Source: Candidatus Eremiobacteria bacterium (lineage in GTDB: Bacteria; Vulcanimicrobiota; Vulcanimicrobiia; Vulcanimicrobiales; Vulcanimicrobiaceae). Taken from it: a stretch of DNA of 64,000 nt. The stretch lies in the NCBI GenBank assembly GCA_963737065.1, contig CAVTRC010000001.1, positions 64,001 to 128,000 of the forward strand, in the 5' to 3' direction. A program made the translations under genes and the position numbers. Of this stretch, positions 42,999-51,371 are shown piece by piece. The notes beneath the pieces were generated by a model. The model was not told where the DNA came from. It made no database searches and saw only the letters and a list, made by a program, of their open reading frames with translations. The first letter of the stretch is position 1. Every line of letters starts with the position of its first letter.

Positions 42999-43507
42999 GA
43001 CGATACTGAATCTTCGTCTAGTAAACCCGGTGGGATGTCGACGACGACCGCTTTGTTTGCGACGTCGACGCTCTTGATGAAGGCGTCGACCATGGGCAAC
43101 ATTCGGTCGTCGACGACGAGCATGTCGCTTGCCGGATAGTGTTCCACGCGAGAGACGGTTCCGTAATGTTTTCCGCTTTCGCTGACGACGTTGCATCCGA
43201 CGAGATCGACGTCGAGATACTCGCCTTCGGCAACGTCGAGCGCTTCACGCGGCGCATAGAATGTCGCGCCGACATATTTGTCCGCGCTCGTTGCATCGGG
43301 TGCTTCATCGAGGACAATCAACAGTCGGCCCTTGTGTTCTCGTACGCTTGCGACATGGACGTTCTCGCGACGGCCGTTGACGTCGCATCGCAGTACGGCC
43401 CGCGCGAGAAACAGCGCGCGACCCGAACTCGTCGGGTCGCACTTGAGTTCTCCGCGAATCCCGAAAGTGCCGGCAATGCGGCCGATCGGGAACTCATTAT
43501 TCGCCAG
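42995..43507 (-). CDS. rimM: 16S rRNA processing factor RimM
   Basis: IGRIAGTFGIRGELK, EYLDVDLVGC. Position after rpsP-khpA. Start codon uncertain (CTG). Confidence 0.92.
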   Translation of the reverse strand: MANNEFPIGRIAGTFGIRGELKCDPTSSGRALFLARAVLRCDVNGRRENVHVASVREHKGRLLIVLDEAPDATSADKYVGATFYAPREALDVAEGEYLDVDLVGCNVVSESGKHYGTVSRVEHYPASDMLVVDDRMLPMVDAFIKSVDVANKAVVVDIPPGLLDEDSVSS

Positions 43508-44033
43508 AGTTCGACTCGTCGAATGCGGCCGCTTCTTCTTTATCCAGAATATCGACCGAGATACGGCCTTCGGCGGTTGCGCGCACGATCGTGCGGAGCG
43601 CTTGCGCAACGCGACCACTGCGCCCAATGACTTTGCCTAAGTCTTCGGGATCGACGACGAGCTCGATCACCGGTTTGCCTTCTTCGTCGGTAAAGAGCTC
43701 GACGCTCGCGTCGTCGGGCTTTTGCACGAGCTTCTTCGCAATGAAATCGAGCAATTCGCTTGCGCGCCGTTGCGATGCCCACGGATCGGACGGTTGACGG
43801 TCGCGTCGCTCGTACGCACCGCGGCGTCCACCGCCGCCACCGTAGTCGCGCCGTGGCTTGCCGACACCCGAACGCGGCGGGCGTTCTGCGCGCGCCGGAC
43901 GCGCTTCTTCCGGTTCGACGTCGTCGATGATCGTTTCGTTCGACGCGATCTTGCGCGCGCCGAGCGTGGGACGCCGTTCGGCCTCATCGGACTCCTCGCC
44001 GAACAGGCCGAATTCGTCATCGAACGATGACAT
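43497..44033 (-). CDS. khpA: KH-domain RNA-binding protein KhpA with N-terminal extension
   Basis: DLGKVIGRSGRVAQALRT. Conserved position between rpsP and rimM. Confidence 0.88.
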   Translation of the reverse strand: MSSFDDEFGLFGEESDEAERRPTLGARKIASNETIIDDVEPEEARPARAERPPRSGVGKPRRDYGGGGGRRGAYERRDRQPSDPWASQRRASELLDFIAKKLVQKPDDASVELFTDEEGKPVIELVVDPEDLGKVIGRSGRVAQALRTIVRATAEGRISVDILDKEEAAAFDESNSGE

Positions 44034-44323
44034 TACTCAGCGCCTTTGCGCGGAGCGCGTTTCGTCGTCGGAATCGGACCCCGTTCCATAATGCCCTTCT
44101 CCGCGAAGAGACGGCGAACGGTCTCGGTCGGCTGCGCGCCCTTGTCCAGCCACTCCTTCGCCTTGTCCGCATTCACTTCGAGCGTCTTTGGCTCGGTGCG
44201 CGGGTTGTAGTGACCGAGGATTTCGATAAAACGGCCGTCACGCGGCGCGCGCGAGTCGGCGACCACGAACCGGTACGTCGGTTGTTTCTTCGCGCCCATG
44301 CGGCGCAATCTGATCTTCACCAT
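44033..44323 (-). CDS. rpsP: 30S ribosomal protein S16
   Basis: [34 protein letters not shown]. Confidence 0.98.
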   Translation of the reverse strand: MVKIRLRRMGAKKQPTYRFVVADSRAPRDGRFIEILGHYNPRTEPKTLEVNADKAKEWLDKGAQPTETVRRLFAEKGIMERGPIPTTKRAPRKGAE

Positions 44324-44418
44324 GGTGTTCTGTGACGTGTCTTTCTTCTTTTGCGAAAAGACGCGATTAAAGCACGCGACCAGCTAGAGAGCGATTCCCC
44401 AAAGTGCCCTCCACTTCA

Positions 44419-44492
44419 GGGACCCCTAGAGTTAGAACGCACTCCGCTTGCTTCGCAAGCTCCGCGCCCCCGTGCAGCCGCACGGGTCCCCC
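44419..44492. repeat. Multi-hairpin palindromic element, copy A
   Basis: GGGACCCCT...ACTCCG-hairpin-CCCCCGTGCAGCCGCACGGGTCCCCC. Similar copy at 49274-49351. Confidence 0.6.
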
Positions 44493-44503
44493 AGGAATTC
44501 TTT

Positions 44504-45859
44504 TCATCGAAACATACCGGCGGGCAGCCGCGGTCGTTTTCCGCCTTTTGCGCCGCCGAGTTGTTTCATCATTTTTTGCGCGCCTTCGAAGTTTTTGATC
44601 AACTTGTTGACGTCGCTCACTTGCGTGCCGGATCCGAACGCGATGCGTTTGCGCCGCGATCCGTTGAGGATGTGCGGATTGCGGCGTTCGGCGCGCGTCA
44701 TCGATGAGATAATCGCTTCGACCCGTTTGACTTCCGCCTCCGGAATATCGAAATCTTTCGGCAGCGCGCGCGAGAGGCCCGGAATCATCTTCATGATATC
44801 CGACATTGACCCGATTTTCTTCATCTGGCGCATCTGCTCGAGAAAGTCGTCGAGCGTGAAGGCATTCTTCTGTAGCTTCTGCTCGAGTTTTTTCGCTTGC
44901 TCTTCGGTGTAGATGCTCTGTGTTTTCTCGATGAGCGTGAGCACGTCGCCCATTCCGAGTATGCGCTGCGCGAGACGATCCGGATAGAACGGCTCGAGCG
45001 CCGCGAGCTTTTCACCGACGCCGACGAACTTGATCGGCGCGCCGGTTTCTTTGAAGATCGAGAGCGCCGCACCGCCGCGCGTATCGCCGTCCATCTTCGT
45101 CAGAATAACGCCCGTAATACCGAGCCGATCGTTGAAGCCTTTCGCAACGGCTGTCGCGGCTTGACCGGTCATCGCATCCGCGACGAAGAGAATCTCTTTC
45201 GGGTTGAGCGCAGCCTTGATCTTTTCGAGTTCGACCATCAAGTTTTCGTCGATCTCGAGACGGCCGGCCGTGTCAATGATCACCGTCGAAAGGCCCAGGC
45301 GCTTCGCCTCGTTGACGCCGTCGCGCGCAATCTTCACCGGGTCGCCGGCGCCTTCATCGAACACCGGCAGATCTATTTGCTTGCCGAGCGTCTTCAGTTG
45401 ATCGATTGCGGCCGGACGATAGACGTCGGCGGCAACCAGCAGCGTTCGCCGGCCCTGCTCTTTCAAACGCAGCGCGAGCTTGCCGGCTGTCGTCGTCTTC
45501 CCCGAACCCTGAAGACCGACCATCATGATGATCGACGGCGGCGCATCGGAGAACGTGAGCCGCCCTGAAGCCTGGCCCGAGCCGGGTCGAAGGCCACCAC
45601 CGAGCAAATCGACGAGATCGTCATGAACGATTTTGACGATCGTCTGCGCGGGCGTGAGCGACTCGAGGACGTTTTGCCCGATCGCTTTTTCTTTGACGCC
45701 GTTGACAAACTGTTTTGCCGCAGCGAGCGAAACGTCAGCCTCAAGAAGCGCCACGCGAACTTCGCGCAGTGCCTCGTTGACGTCGCTCTCACTGAGTTTC
45801 CCGCGGCCCGTCAACCGCGAGAAGATCGCGTTGAGCCGGTCGCTGAGTTGGTCGAACAC
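44504..45859 (-). CDS. ffh: Signal recognition particle protein Ffh
   Basis: GLQGSGKTT, DTAGR, TKMDGDTRGGAALS and M domain. Confidence 0.98.
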   Translation of the reverse strand: MFDQLSDRLNAIFSRLTGRGKLSESDVNEALREVRVALLEADVSLAAAKQFVNGVKEKAIGQNVLESLTPAQTIVKIVHDDLVDLLGGGLRPGSGQASGRLTFSDAPPSIIMMVGLQGSGKTTTAGKLALRLKEQGRRTLLVAADVYRPAAIDQLKTLGKQIDLPVFDEGAGDPVKIARDGVNEAKRLGLSTVIIDTAGRLEIDENLMVELEKIKAALNPKEILFVADAMTGQAATAVAKGFNDRLGITGVILTKMDGDTRGGAALSIFKETGAPIKFVGVGEKLAALEPFYPDRLAQRILGMGDVLTLIEKTQSIYTEEQAKKLEQKLQKNAFTLDDFLEQMRQMKKIGSMSDIMKMIPGLSRALPKDFDIPEAEVKRVEAIISSMTRAERRNPHILNGSRRKRIAFGSGTQVSDVNKLIKNFEGAQKMMKQLGGAKGGKRPRLPAGMFR

Positions 45860-45870
45860 GGTGGGTTAGG

Positions 45871-46110
45871 TTACGCTCCTGCGGTTGCCTGATCGATGCG
45901 ATTCACCGCATCGCCGACGGTCTTGATCTTTTCCGCTTCCTCGTCCGGAATGTCGATGTTGAACTCGGTCTCGAACGCCATGACCAACTCGACCTGATCG
46001 AGTGAGTCGGCACCAAGATCATCCGTAATCGAGGCTTCGGGCGTGACTTCGGATTCGTCTACGCCGAGCTGCTCTACGATGATCTTCTTGACTTTGTCGA
46101 ACGTGGACAT
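45871..46110 (-). CDS. acpP: Acyl carrier protein
   Basis: DDLGADSLD. Confidence 0.97.
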   Translation of the reverse strand: MSTFDKVKKIIVEQLGVDESEVTPEASITDDLGADSLDQVELVMAFETEFNIDIPDEEAEKIKTVGDAVNRIDQATAGA

Positions 46111-46139
46111 TACAGCTCCTTATCAATAGTTCGCATAGA

Positions 46140-46886
46140 TCACATCAGCACGCCGCCGTCAACAACAATCGTTTGACCGGTGACGTACGCGCTCGAATCT
46201 GAGCAGAGGAAGGCGACCACTCTGCCGACGTCCTCAGGCGTTCCCGGGCGACCCAGTGCGGCCTGTTTGATCAGAGCCTCCCTGGCGGCGTCGGGGATCT
46301 TTTCGGTCATCGCCGTTTCGATCAGACCCGGCGCAACGGCGTTGACTCTTATGTTCCTTGAACCCAACTCCTTTGCAAGCGACTTGGCAAGCGCGAGGAG
46401 CCCCGCCTTCGACGCCGCGTACGCCGCCTGACCGGCGTTTCCGGTGAGGGCCACGATACTCGATACAAGAACGATCGAACCGGCACGTTGCTTCATCATC
46501 GGCTTCGCAACCGCGTGGCACAGGTAGAACGCGGACTTCAAATTGACGTTAAGCATGTGCTCGATGACGTCCGATTTGAGGCGCAGCAACAACGAGTCGA
46601 TCGACTGTCCGGCGTTCGCAACGGCGTAATCGATGCGCCCGAAGCGTTCGAGCGTCTCGTTGACGGCGCGGTCCATCGCGGCCTGATCAGCGACGTCCGC
46701 CGTGATCGCGTGCGCGACTGCGCCCGGACGTTCGCCGGCGCAACGCTGCGCCGTTTCATCGAGCGCGGCGCGATCGCGTCCGACGAGCACAACATCGGCG
46801 CCGTGTTTGCACAACTCCGTTGCGATCGCGCGACCGATACCGCGGCTCGCGCCCGTAACGAGTCCAACGCTGCCCTCGAAACTCAC
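46140..46886 (-). CDS. fabG: 3-oxoacyl-ACP reductase
   Basis: TGASRGIG, YAASK, fab operon context. Confidence 0.93.
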   Translation of the reverse strand: MSFEGSVGLVTGASRGIGRAIATELCKHGADVVLVGRDRAALDETAQRCAGERPGAVAHAITADVADQAAMDRAVNETLERFGRIDYAVANAGQSIDSLLLRLKSDVIEHMLNVNLKSAFYLCHAVAKPMMKQRAGSIVLVSSIVALTGNAGQAAYAASKAGLLALAKSLAKELGSRNIRVNAVAPGLIETAMTEKIPDAAREALIKQAALGRPGTPEDVGRVVAFLCSDSSAYVTGQTIVVDGGVLM

Positions 46887-47827
46887 GCGGTCACGCCGGT
46901 GAGCGTCGCGCGCAACTTTTCGATGCCCGCATAATCGCTCACGATCGATGCTTTCGATGCGCCTTCCATGCGGCGCATCAGCGGGGTCAGCACGCCGCTC
47001 GCGCCAAACTCGACGATCAAATCGATGCCGTACGCGGCGATCGCGGCAGCGGTGTCATGCCAGCGCACTTCGTTCGCGATTGACAAAACGAGGTTCTTCT
47101 TGATCGTTTTGACGTCGCGATACGGCTTCGCGTCGACGTTCGAGATGACGTCGAAACGTGGCATCGAAAACGCCACGGCGTCGACCGCTTGAGCGAAGCG
47201 TTCGATTGCAGGTTCCATCAGCGCGGAATGCCACGCGCCGGAAACATTGAGCGGTACGACGCGCTTGGCCCCCGCGGCCAGCATCGCGTCGCCCGCGGCT
47301 TCGACGCCGCTCAAGTCGCCGCTGATGACGATCTGCGTCGGCGAGTTGAAATTTGCAAGTTGCACGCGTTTACCGGTCGCGACACGCGTCTCGTCGACGA
47401 CGCGGCGTATTGCGGCCGCATCGAGTCCAAGCACCGCCGACATACCGCCCGGCGCGAGCTCGGCGGCGTACTGCATCGCCTTGCCGCGTTCATCGACGAT
47501 ACGAAGCGCGTCTTCGAACGAAAGCGAACCCGCGATGCAAAGGCTACAAAACTCACCAAACGAGTGCCCCGCGCTTACAAGCGGCGCAAGGCCGTCGCCG
47601 ACCGCGTGATACAGCGCGACATTGGTCACGAAGATTGCGGGTTGACTAAATTGCGTTTCGCGCAGCTTCTCTTCGGGCCCGTTCTCCTGCAACGCGAGCA
47701 GATCGTAGCCGAGAATGGCATTCGCGCGTTCGAACAAATCGCGCGCGGTGCCGGAATTCGCAGCGACGTCGACGCCCATTCCGAGCAGCTGCGATCCTTG
47801 TCCCGGAAATACCGCTCCAACCTTCAT
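46883..47827 (-). CDS. fabD: Malonyl-CoA:ACP transacylase
   Basis: FPGQGSQ, GHSFGE, SGAWHS. Confidence 0.96.
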   Translation of the reverse strand: MKVGAVFPGQGSQLLGMGVDVAANSGTARDLFERANAILGYDLLALQENGPEEKLRETQFSQPAIFVTNVALYHAVGDGLAPLVSAGHSFGEFCSLCIAGSLSFEDALRIVDERGKAMQYAAELAPGGMSAVLGLDAAAIRRVVDETRVATGKRVQLANFNSPTQIVISGDLSGVEAAGDAMLAAGAKRVVPLNVSGAWHSALMEPAIERFAQAVDAVAFSMPRFDVISNVDAKPYRDVKTIKKNLVLSIANEVRWHDTAAAIAAYGIDLIVEFGASGVLTPLMRRMEGASKASIVSDYAGIEKLRATLTGVTA

Positions 47828-47852
47828 CTGTAATCCGGCGCCTCGCGAAGGA

Positions 47853-48833
47853 TCACTGCCACTTCCACGCTACGGCACCCCACGAGAGACCGCCGCCGAA
47901 GCCGACGAAAACAATTGTATCGCCGGGCTTTATGCGGCCGCCGGCGACGGCTTCCGAGAGCGCGATCGGAATCGACGCGGCCGACGTGTTGCCGTACTCC
48001 TGAATGTTCGTAACGCACTTTTCAGGCGGCATGTCCAGATACTTCATGGCTGCGTCGATAATGCGTTTATTCGCTTGATGGGGAATCAACACGTCGACGT
48101 CCGCCTTCGTCAAACGCGCTTTCGCGAGTGCCGCGTCGGTCGCTTCAATCATCTTGGTTACCGCGAACTTGAAGACTTCGCGGCCTTCCATATGAATGAA
48201 GTTCTGCTTATGTTCGAGCGCCGCACCATCGATCGGATGACGCGATCCGCCGGCTTCAACGAGCAGCAGCTCCGGCTTGCTTCCGTCTGCGCCCAGTTCC
48301 GAGCCGAGAAACGAGTCTTCTTCGGAGGCTTCGAGCACAACCGCACCAGCGCCGTCACCGAAGAGGATCGCGGTCGCGCGATCATCGCGATTCACAAGCT
48401 TCGAGAGGGTCTCCGCACCGATCAAGACGATGCGCTTAAATACGCCCGAGCGCACGAGCGACGACGCGACGGTGAGGCCGTAAATGAAACCGCTGCACGC
48501 AATCTCCATGTCGAACGCCGCTTTGTTTGGTGCGCCGAGTTTCGATGCGATGATGCACGCGGTCGCCGGAAAGAGAAAATCGGGGTAGACGGTGCACAAA
48601 ATGAACGCGTCGATATCGTTTGCTTCGAGCTTCGCATCGGTGAGCGCATTGCGCGCCGCCGACAATGCCAAATCGCTGGTCGCCTCGTGTTCCGAAGCCC
48701 AGTGCCGGCGTTTCATTCCCGTGCGGGTCGTGATCCACTCGTCGGACGTATCGAACCATTTTTCGAGTTCGAAGTTGTCGACGACACGCTCGGGCACGTA
48801 ATGCCCGACGCCGACGATCTTTACCCCGCTCAA
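47853..48833 (-). CDS. fabH: Beta-ketoacyl-ACP synthase III
   Basis: DTSDEWI, ACSGF, PHQAN, GNTSAAS, GFGGGL. Likely TTG start at 48833. Confidence 0.95.
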   Translation of the reverse strand: MSGVKIVGVGHYVPERVVDNFELEKWFDTSDEWITTRTGMKRRHWASEHEATSDLALSAARNALTDAKLEANDIDAFILCTVYPDFLFPATACIIASKLGAPNKAAFDMEIACSGFIYGLTVASSLVRSGVFKRIVLIGAETLSKLVNRDDRATAILFGDGAGAVVLEASEEDSFLGSELGADGSKPELLLVEAGGSRHPIDGAALEHKQNFIHMEGREVFKFAVTKMIEATDAALAKARLTKADVDVLIPHQANKRIIDAAMKYLDMPPEKCVTNIQEYGNTSAASIPIALSEAVAGGRIKPGDTIVFVGFGGGLSWGAVAWKWQ

Positions 48834-49031
48834 GACGGTTCGGCCGTCCTTCGGACGGTCGCGCGTCCTGCGCTCCGAACCTTCACGCGCGTCCTGCGCG
48901 ACGGTTCGGCCGTCCTTCGGACGGTCGCGCGTCCTGCGCTCCGAACCTTCACGCGCGTCCTGCGCGACGGTTCGGCCGTCCTTCGGACGGTCGCGCGTCC
49001 TGCGCTCCGAACCTTCACGCGCGTCCTGCGC
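48834..49031. repeat. Perfect tandem repeat, 3 x 66 bp
   Basis: Unit GACGGTTCGGCCGTCCTTCGGACGGTCGCGCGTCCTGCGCTCCGAACCTTCACGCGCGTCCTGCGC starts at 48834, 48900 and 48966. Confidence 0.97.
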
Positions 49032-49036
49032 ACGGA

Positions 49037-49243
49037 TTAGTCGTGATCGTGACCGGCGTGTTCGTCGCGGATCTCGACAACCTGACGGCCATCGTACGTC
49101 CCGCAATGTCCGCAAACAAAATGCGGGCGCTTGGGCTGATGACACTGGCCGCACTCCACGGTGGTAACCGCGCTCAGCTTCCAGTTCGCCGCACGACGGC
49201 TGCGCGTTTTACTGCGCGGCGTCTTCCATTTGAGGTTCGCCAC
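49037..49243 (-). CDS. rpmF: 50S ribosomal protein L32
   Basis: KWKTPRSKTRSRRA...CGQC...PHFVCGHCGTYDGR. Confidence 0.95.
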   Translation of the reverse strand: MANLKWKTPRSKTRSRRAANWKLSAVTTVECGQCHQPKRPHFVCGHCGTYDGRQVVEIRDEHAGHDHD

Positions 49244-49273
49244 TGCTTTTCACCCCGACGTGGTCGCCACGTT

Positions 49274-49351
49274 GGGGCCCCTTTCTCTTTAAAAAGTACT
49301 CCGGCGTTTCACGCCTGCGCACCCCCGTGCGGCTCAGCCGCATGGGTCTCC
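49274..49351. repeat. Multi-hairpin palindromic element, copy B
   Basis: GGGGCCCCT...ACTCCG-hairpin-CCCCCGTGCGGCTCAGCCGCATGGGTCTCC. Confidence 0.6.
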
Positions 49352-49812
49352 GTTTCAGATGTGCACGAGCACGCGCCCGTGTTTCTATTCGCTCCACAGA
49401 TGCCGCACAAGCCTTTGCACTCGTCGCTGCAACGCAACCCCATCGGCATCGCGCTGAGCACCAGCTGCTGCGCCAGATCGGCGAGGTCGAGGCGGTTGCC
49501 CACCAAGACGTTGCTCTCGCCGAACGGATCGTCTTCACGATCGCCGTGCGGATCGAGCCGCTCGTCGACGTCGACCCGTACGTGCCGTTCGACGTCTTCC
49601 AAGCACGAGTCGCACAGGCCCTTGGCATCCGCTTCGACAGTCCCTTCAATATGAAGGAAGCGGTCGACGTAACGCAACTCCATATGGACCGCGCCAGGCG
49701 CCGGAAATTCCGTTCCTTCGAAGTCTTCGATCGGAACGTGATCGTCGACCAGCATGATCTGCCGGCCGCCACCGAGCAGCCCACTGATATCGACCTTGTG
49801 CGAGCGGTTCAT
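49309..49812 (-). CDS. yceD: YceD/DUF177 metal-binding protein
   Basis: CDSCL and CSDECKGLCGICGAN. Lies upstream of rpmF. Confidence 0.92.
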   Translation of the reverse strand: MNRSHKVDISGLLGGGRQIMLVDDHVPIEDFEGTEFPAPGAVHMELRYVDRFLHIEGTVEADAKGLCDSCLEDVERHVRVDVDERLDPHGDREDDPFGESNVLVGNRLDLADLAQQLVLSAMPMGLRCSDECKGLCGICGANRNTGACSCTSETETHAAEPHGGAQA

Positions 49813-49932
49813 AAACGTATGCAAGTCGCAGGATGGGGGCCCCACCGGAACGGCGGGACCCCCACACGACTGAAAGATTGTAGAACCCGCCCTCACTCTT
49901 GTCAAACGGCGTCGGCCGCGTGATGGCCGGGC

Positions 49933-50589
49933 ATGAACGTAAGCTTCAGCCCTCAGATCGAAACGGCCGCGCGACGGCACGGCCTCGACCCGCGCCTGCT
50001 CGCGGCCGTCGCCGCTCAGGAGACGGGAGGCCCGGGCAGCAACAGCGGCCGGAACATCATCGGCGACGGCGGTCACGGTCACGGCCTGTTCCAGATCGAC
50101 GACCGCTACCACGCGTTTGCGCGCTCGGCCGGCGCGATGAATCCGTCAGCCAACGCCGATTATGCCGCCGGCATGATCGCCGACAACCTGAAGCGCTACG
50201 GTGGAAACGTGCGCGAGGCGCTTTCCGCTTATAATGCCGGCGATCCGAACGCGACCGGCACGACGACGCAGTGGGGTGACGGAAAGGTCCTCGGCTACGC
50301 CGACTCGGTCATGCGCCACTACACGCAAATCTGCGGCGAGTCCGGTTCCACGCCCGTCGAAGAGGCACGTGCCGATCAGCCGGAGGCTACGTCAAACGCG
50401 AATGCATTGCTCAACGCACTCCTGTCGATGAGCGCATCGAACGGCGCGTGTCAACTTCCGGCGACGCCGGCGCCGAGCGCCGGAGCGTTTGCGCAACAGC
50501 GCGGGCTAGATTCAACCGGACACCGGCGTGATAAGGCAAGCGACTTCAACAACAATGACTTCAGCATCATCGGAGGCGACAACGAATGA
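49933..50589 (+). CDS. Lytic transglycosylase (SLT domain) with low-complexity tail
   Basis: AARRHGLDPRLLAAVAAQET (catalytic Glu), GLFQI, ALSAYNAG. Confidence 0.9.
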   Translation: MNVSFSPQIETAARRHGLDPRLLAAVAAQETGGPGSNSGRNIIGDGGHGHGLFQIDDRYHAFARSAGAMNPSANADYAAGMIADNLKRYGGNVREALSAYNAGDPNATGTTTQWGDGKVLGYADSVMRHYTQICGESGSTPVEEARADQPEATSNANALLNALLSMSASNGACQLPATPAPSAGAFAQQRGLDSTGHRRDKASDFNNNDFSIIGGDNE

Positions 50590-50912
50590 GTTTTCTTGCA
50601 CCGATACTCGAGGCGGCGGCGCCGTCTCTAATCGGCGGTCTCGTCAGTGGCGGAGCAAACGCGATCCTCGGCGGATCGAACGGTGTGCTGAGCGGCGCAC
50701 TCGGCGCGAACAACGCGTTCAACACCGGTCTCGAGATCCAATCGATGGTCGCGCAAGATCAGCTCAATTTGCAATCGACCGTCTTTGACGAAGCCATGAA
50801 TCAGCAAGCTGAGAACATGCGCGAGATCAATACGTTGAGTGACGTCGCGATGCAGCAGCGTAAAGCCGATGACGGCATCACGAAGAAATTTATTGAGAGC
50901 ATCACGCAATGA
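50586..50912 (+). CDS. Small helical protein with Gly-rich N-terminus
   Basis: ATGA-coupled to the SLT gene, GGAGG RBS. Paralogous C-terminus with the next ORF. Confidence 0.8.
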   Translation: MSFLAPILEAAAPSLIGGLVSGGANAILGGSNGVLSGALGANNAFNTGLEIQSMVAQDQLNLQSTVFDEAMNQQAENMREINTLSDVAMQQRKADDGITKKFIESITQ

Positions 50913-51145
50913 TTGCTCCCGTCACGCCTGCGGCGCCGCGTCCGAAAGCGCCGCAGGGCAAAGCGGCAGACGACCCGGAGTTGAAAGCGCGTCAGGATGC
51001 GCTCGATCTTCAGCAAGCCGTCTTCAATATGGAGATGGCCGAGCAAGCCGAGTTCGAACGCGAACGCGAGGCTCTGGAAGCGCTCACGATGGCACAGCTC
51101 AAAAATGAAGACGCCATCATGAAAAAGTGGATCGAAATGATCTAA
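50909..51145 (+). CDS. Small helical protein, paralog of the upstream ORF
   Basis: ATGA-coupled. Aligns without gaps to the C-terminal ~50 aa of 50586-50912. Confidence 0.8.
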   Translation: MIAPVTPAAPRPKAPQGKAADDPELKARQDALDLQQAVFNMEMAEQAEFEREREALEALTMAQLKNEDAIMKKWIEMI

Positions 51146-51187
51146 GCGGGAGAACTCGCCTTCGCTGCCAGGAGCTGTTGCGCCGCG

Positions 51188-51196
51188 TGCTATACT
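51188..51196 (+). promoter_or_regulatory. Extended -10 promoter of tRNA-Ile
   Basis: TGcTATACT located 13 nt upstream of the tRNA. Confidence 0.55.
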
Positions 51197-51209
51197 ACTG
51201 ACTTGTCAC

Positions 51210-51286
51210 GGGCCATTAGCTCAGCTGGTTAGAGCGCATGCTTGATAAGCATGAGGTCCCTGGTTCGATCCCAGGATGGCCCACCA
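51210..51286 (+). tRNA. tRNA-Ile (GAT)
   Basis: Cloverleaf with anticodon arm CATGC-TTGATAA-GCATG, GGTTCGATCC T-loop and encoded CCA. Confidence 0.97.
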
Positions 51287-51292
51287 TAGTGG

Positions 51293-51325
51293 AAACGCCT
51301 GCATGTCGCAGGCGTTTTGTTGTTT
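51293..51325 (+). terminator. Intrinsic terminator after tRNA-Ile
   Basis: AAACGCCTGC-ATGTC-GCAGGCGTTTTGTTGTTTT. Confidence 0.75.
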
Positions 51326-51371
51326 TCCGCCGCCGCACAGCACGCCGGCGTTGCGCGTCCCGCGCAGTAAC

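Noticed and set aside
48834..49031. CRISPR array
   Set aside because: The units are contiguous and identical with no unique spacers, and there are no cas genes in the window.
47715..49040. 441-aa plus-strand ORF
   Set aside because: Antisense shadow of fabH and the repeat, expected in high-GC DNA.
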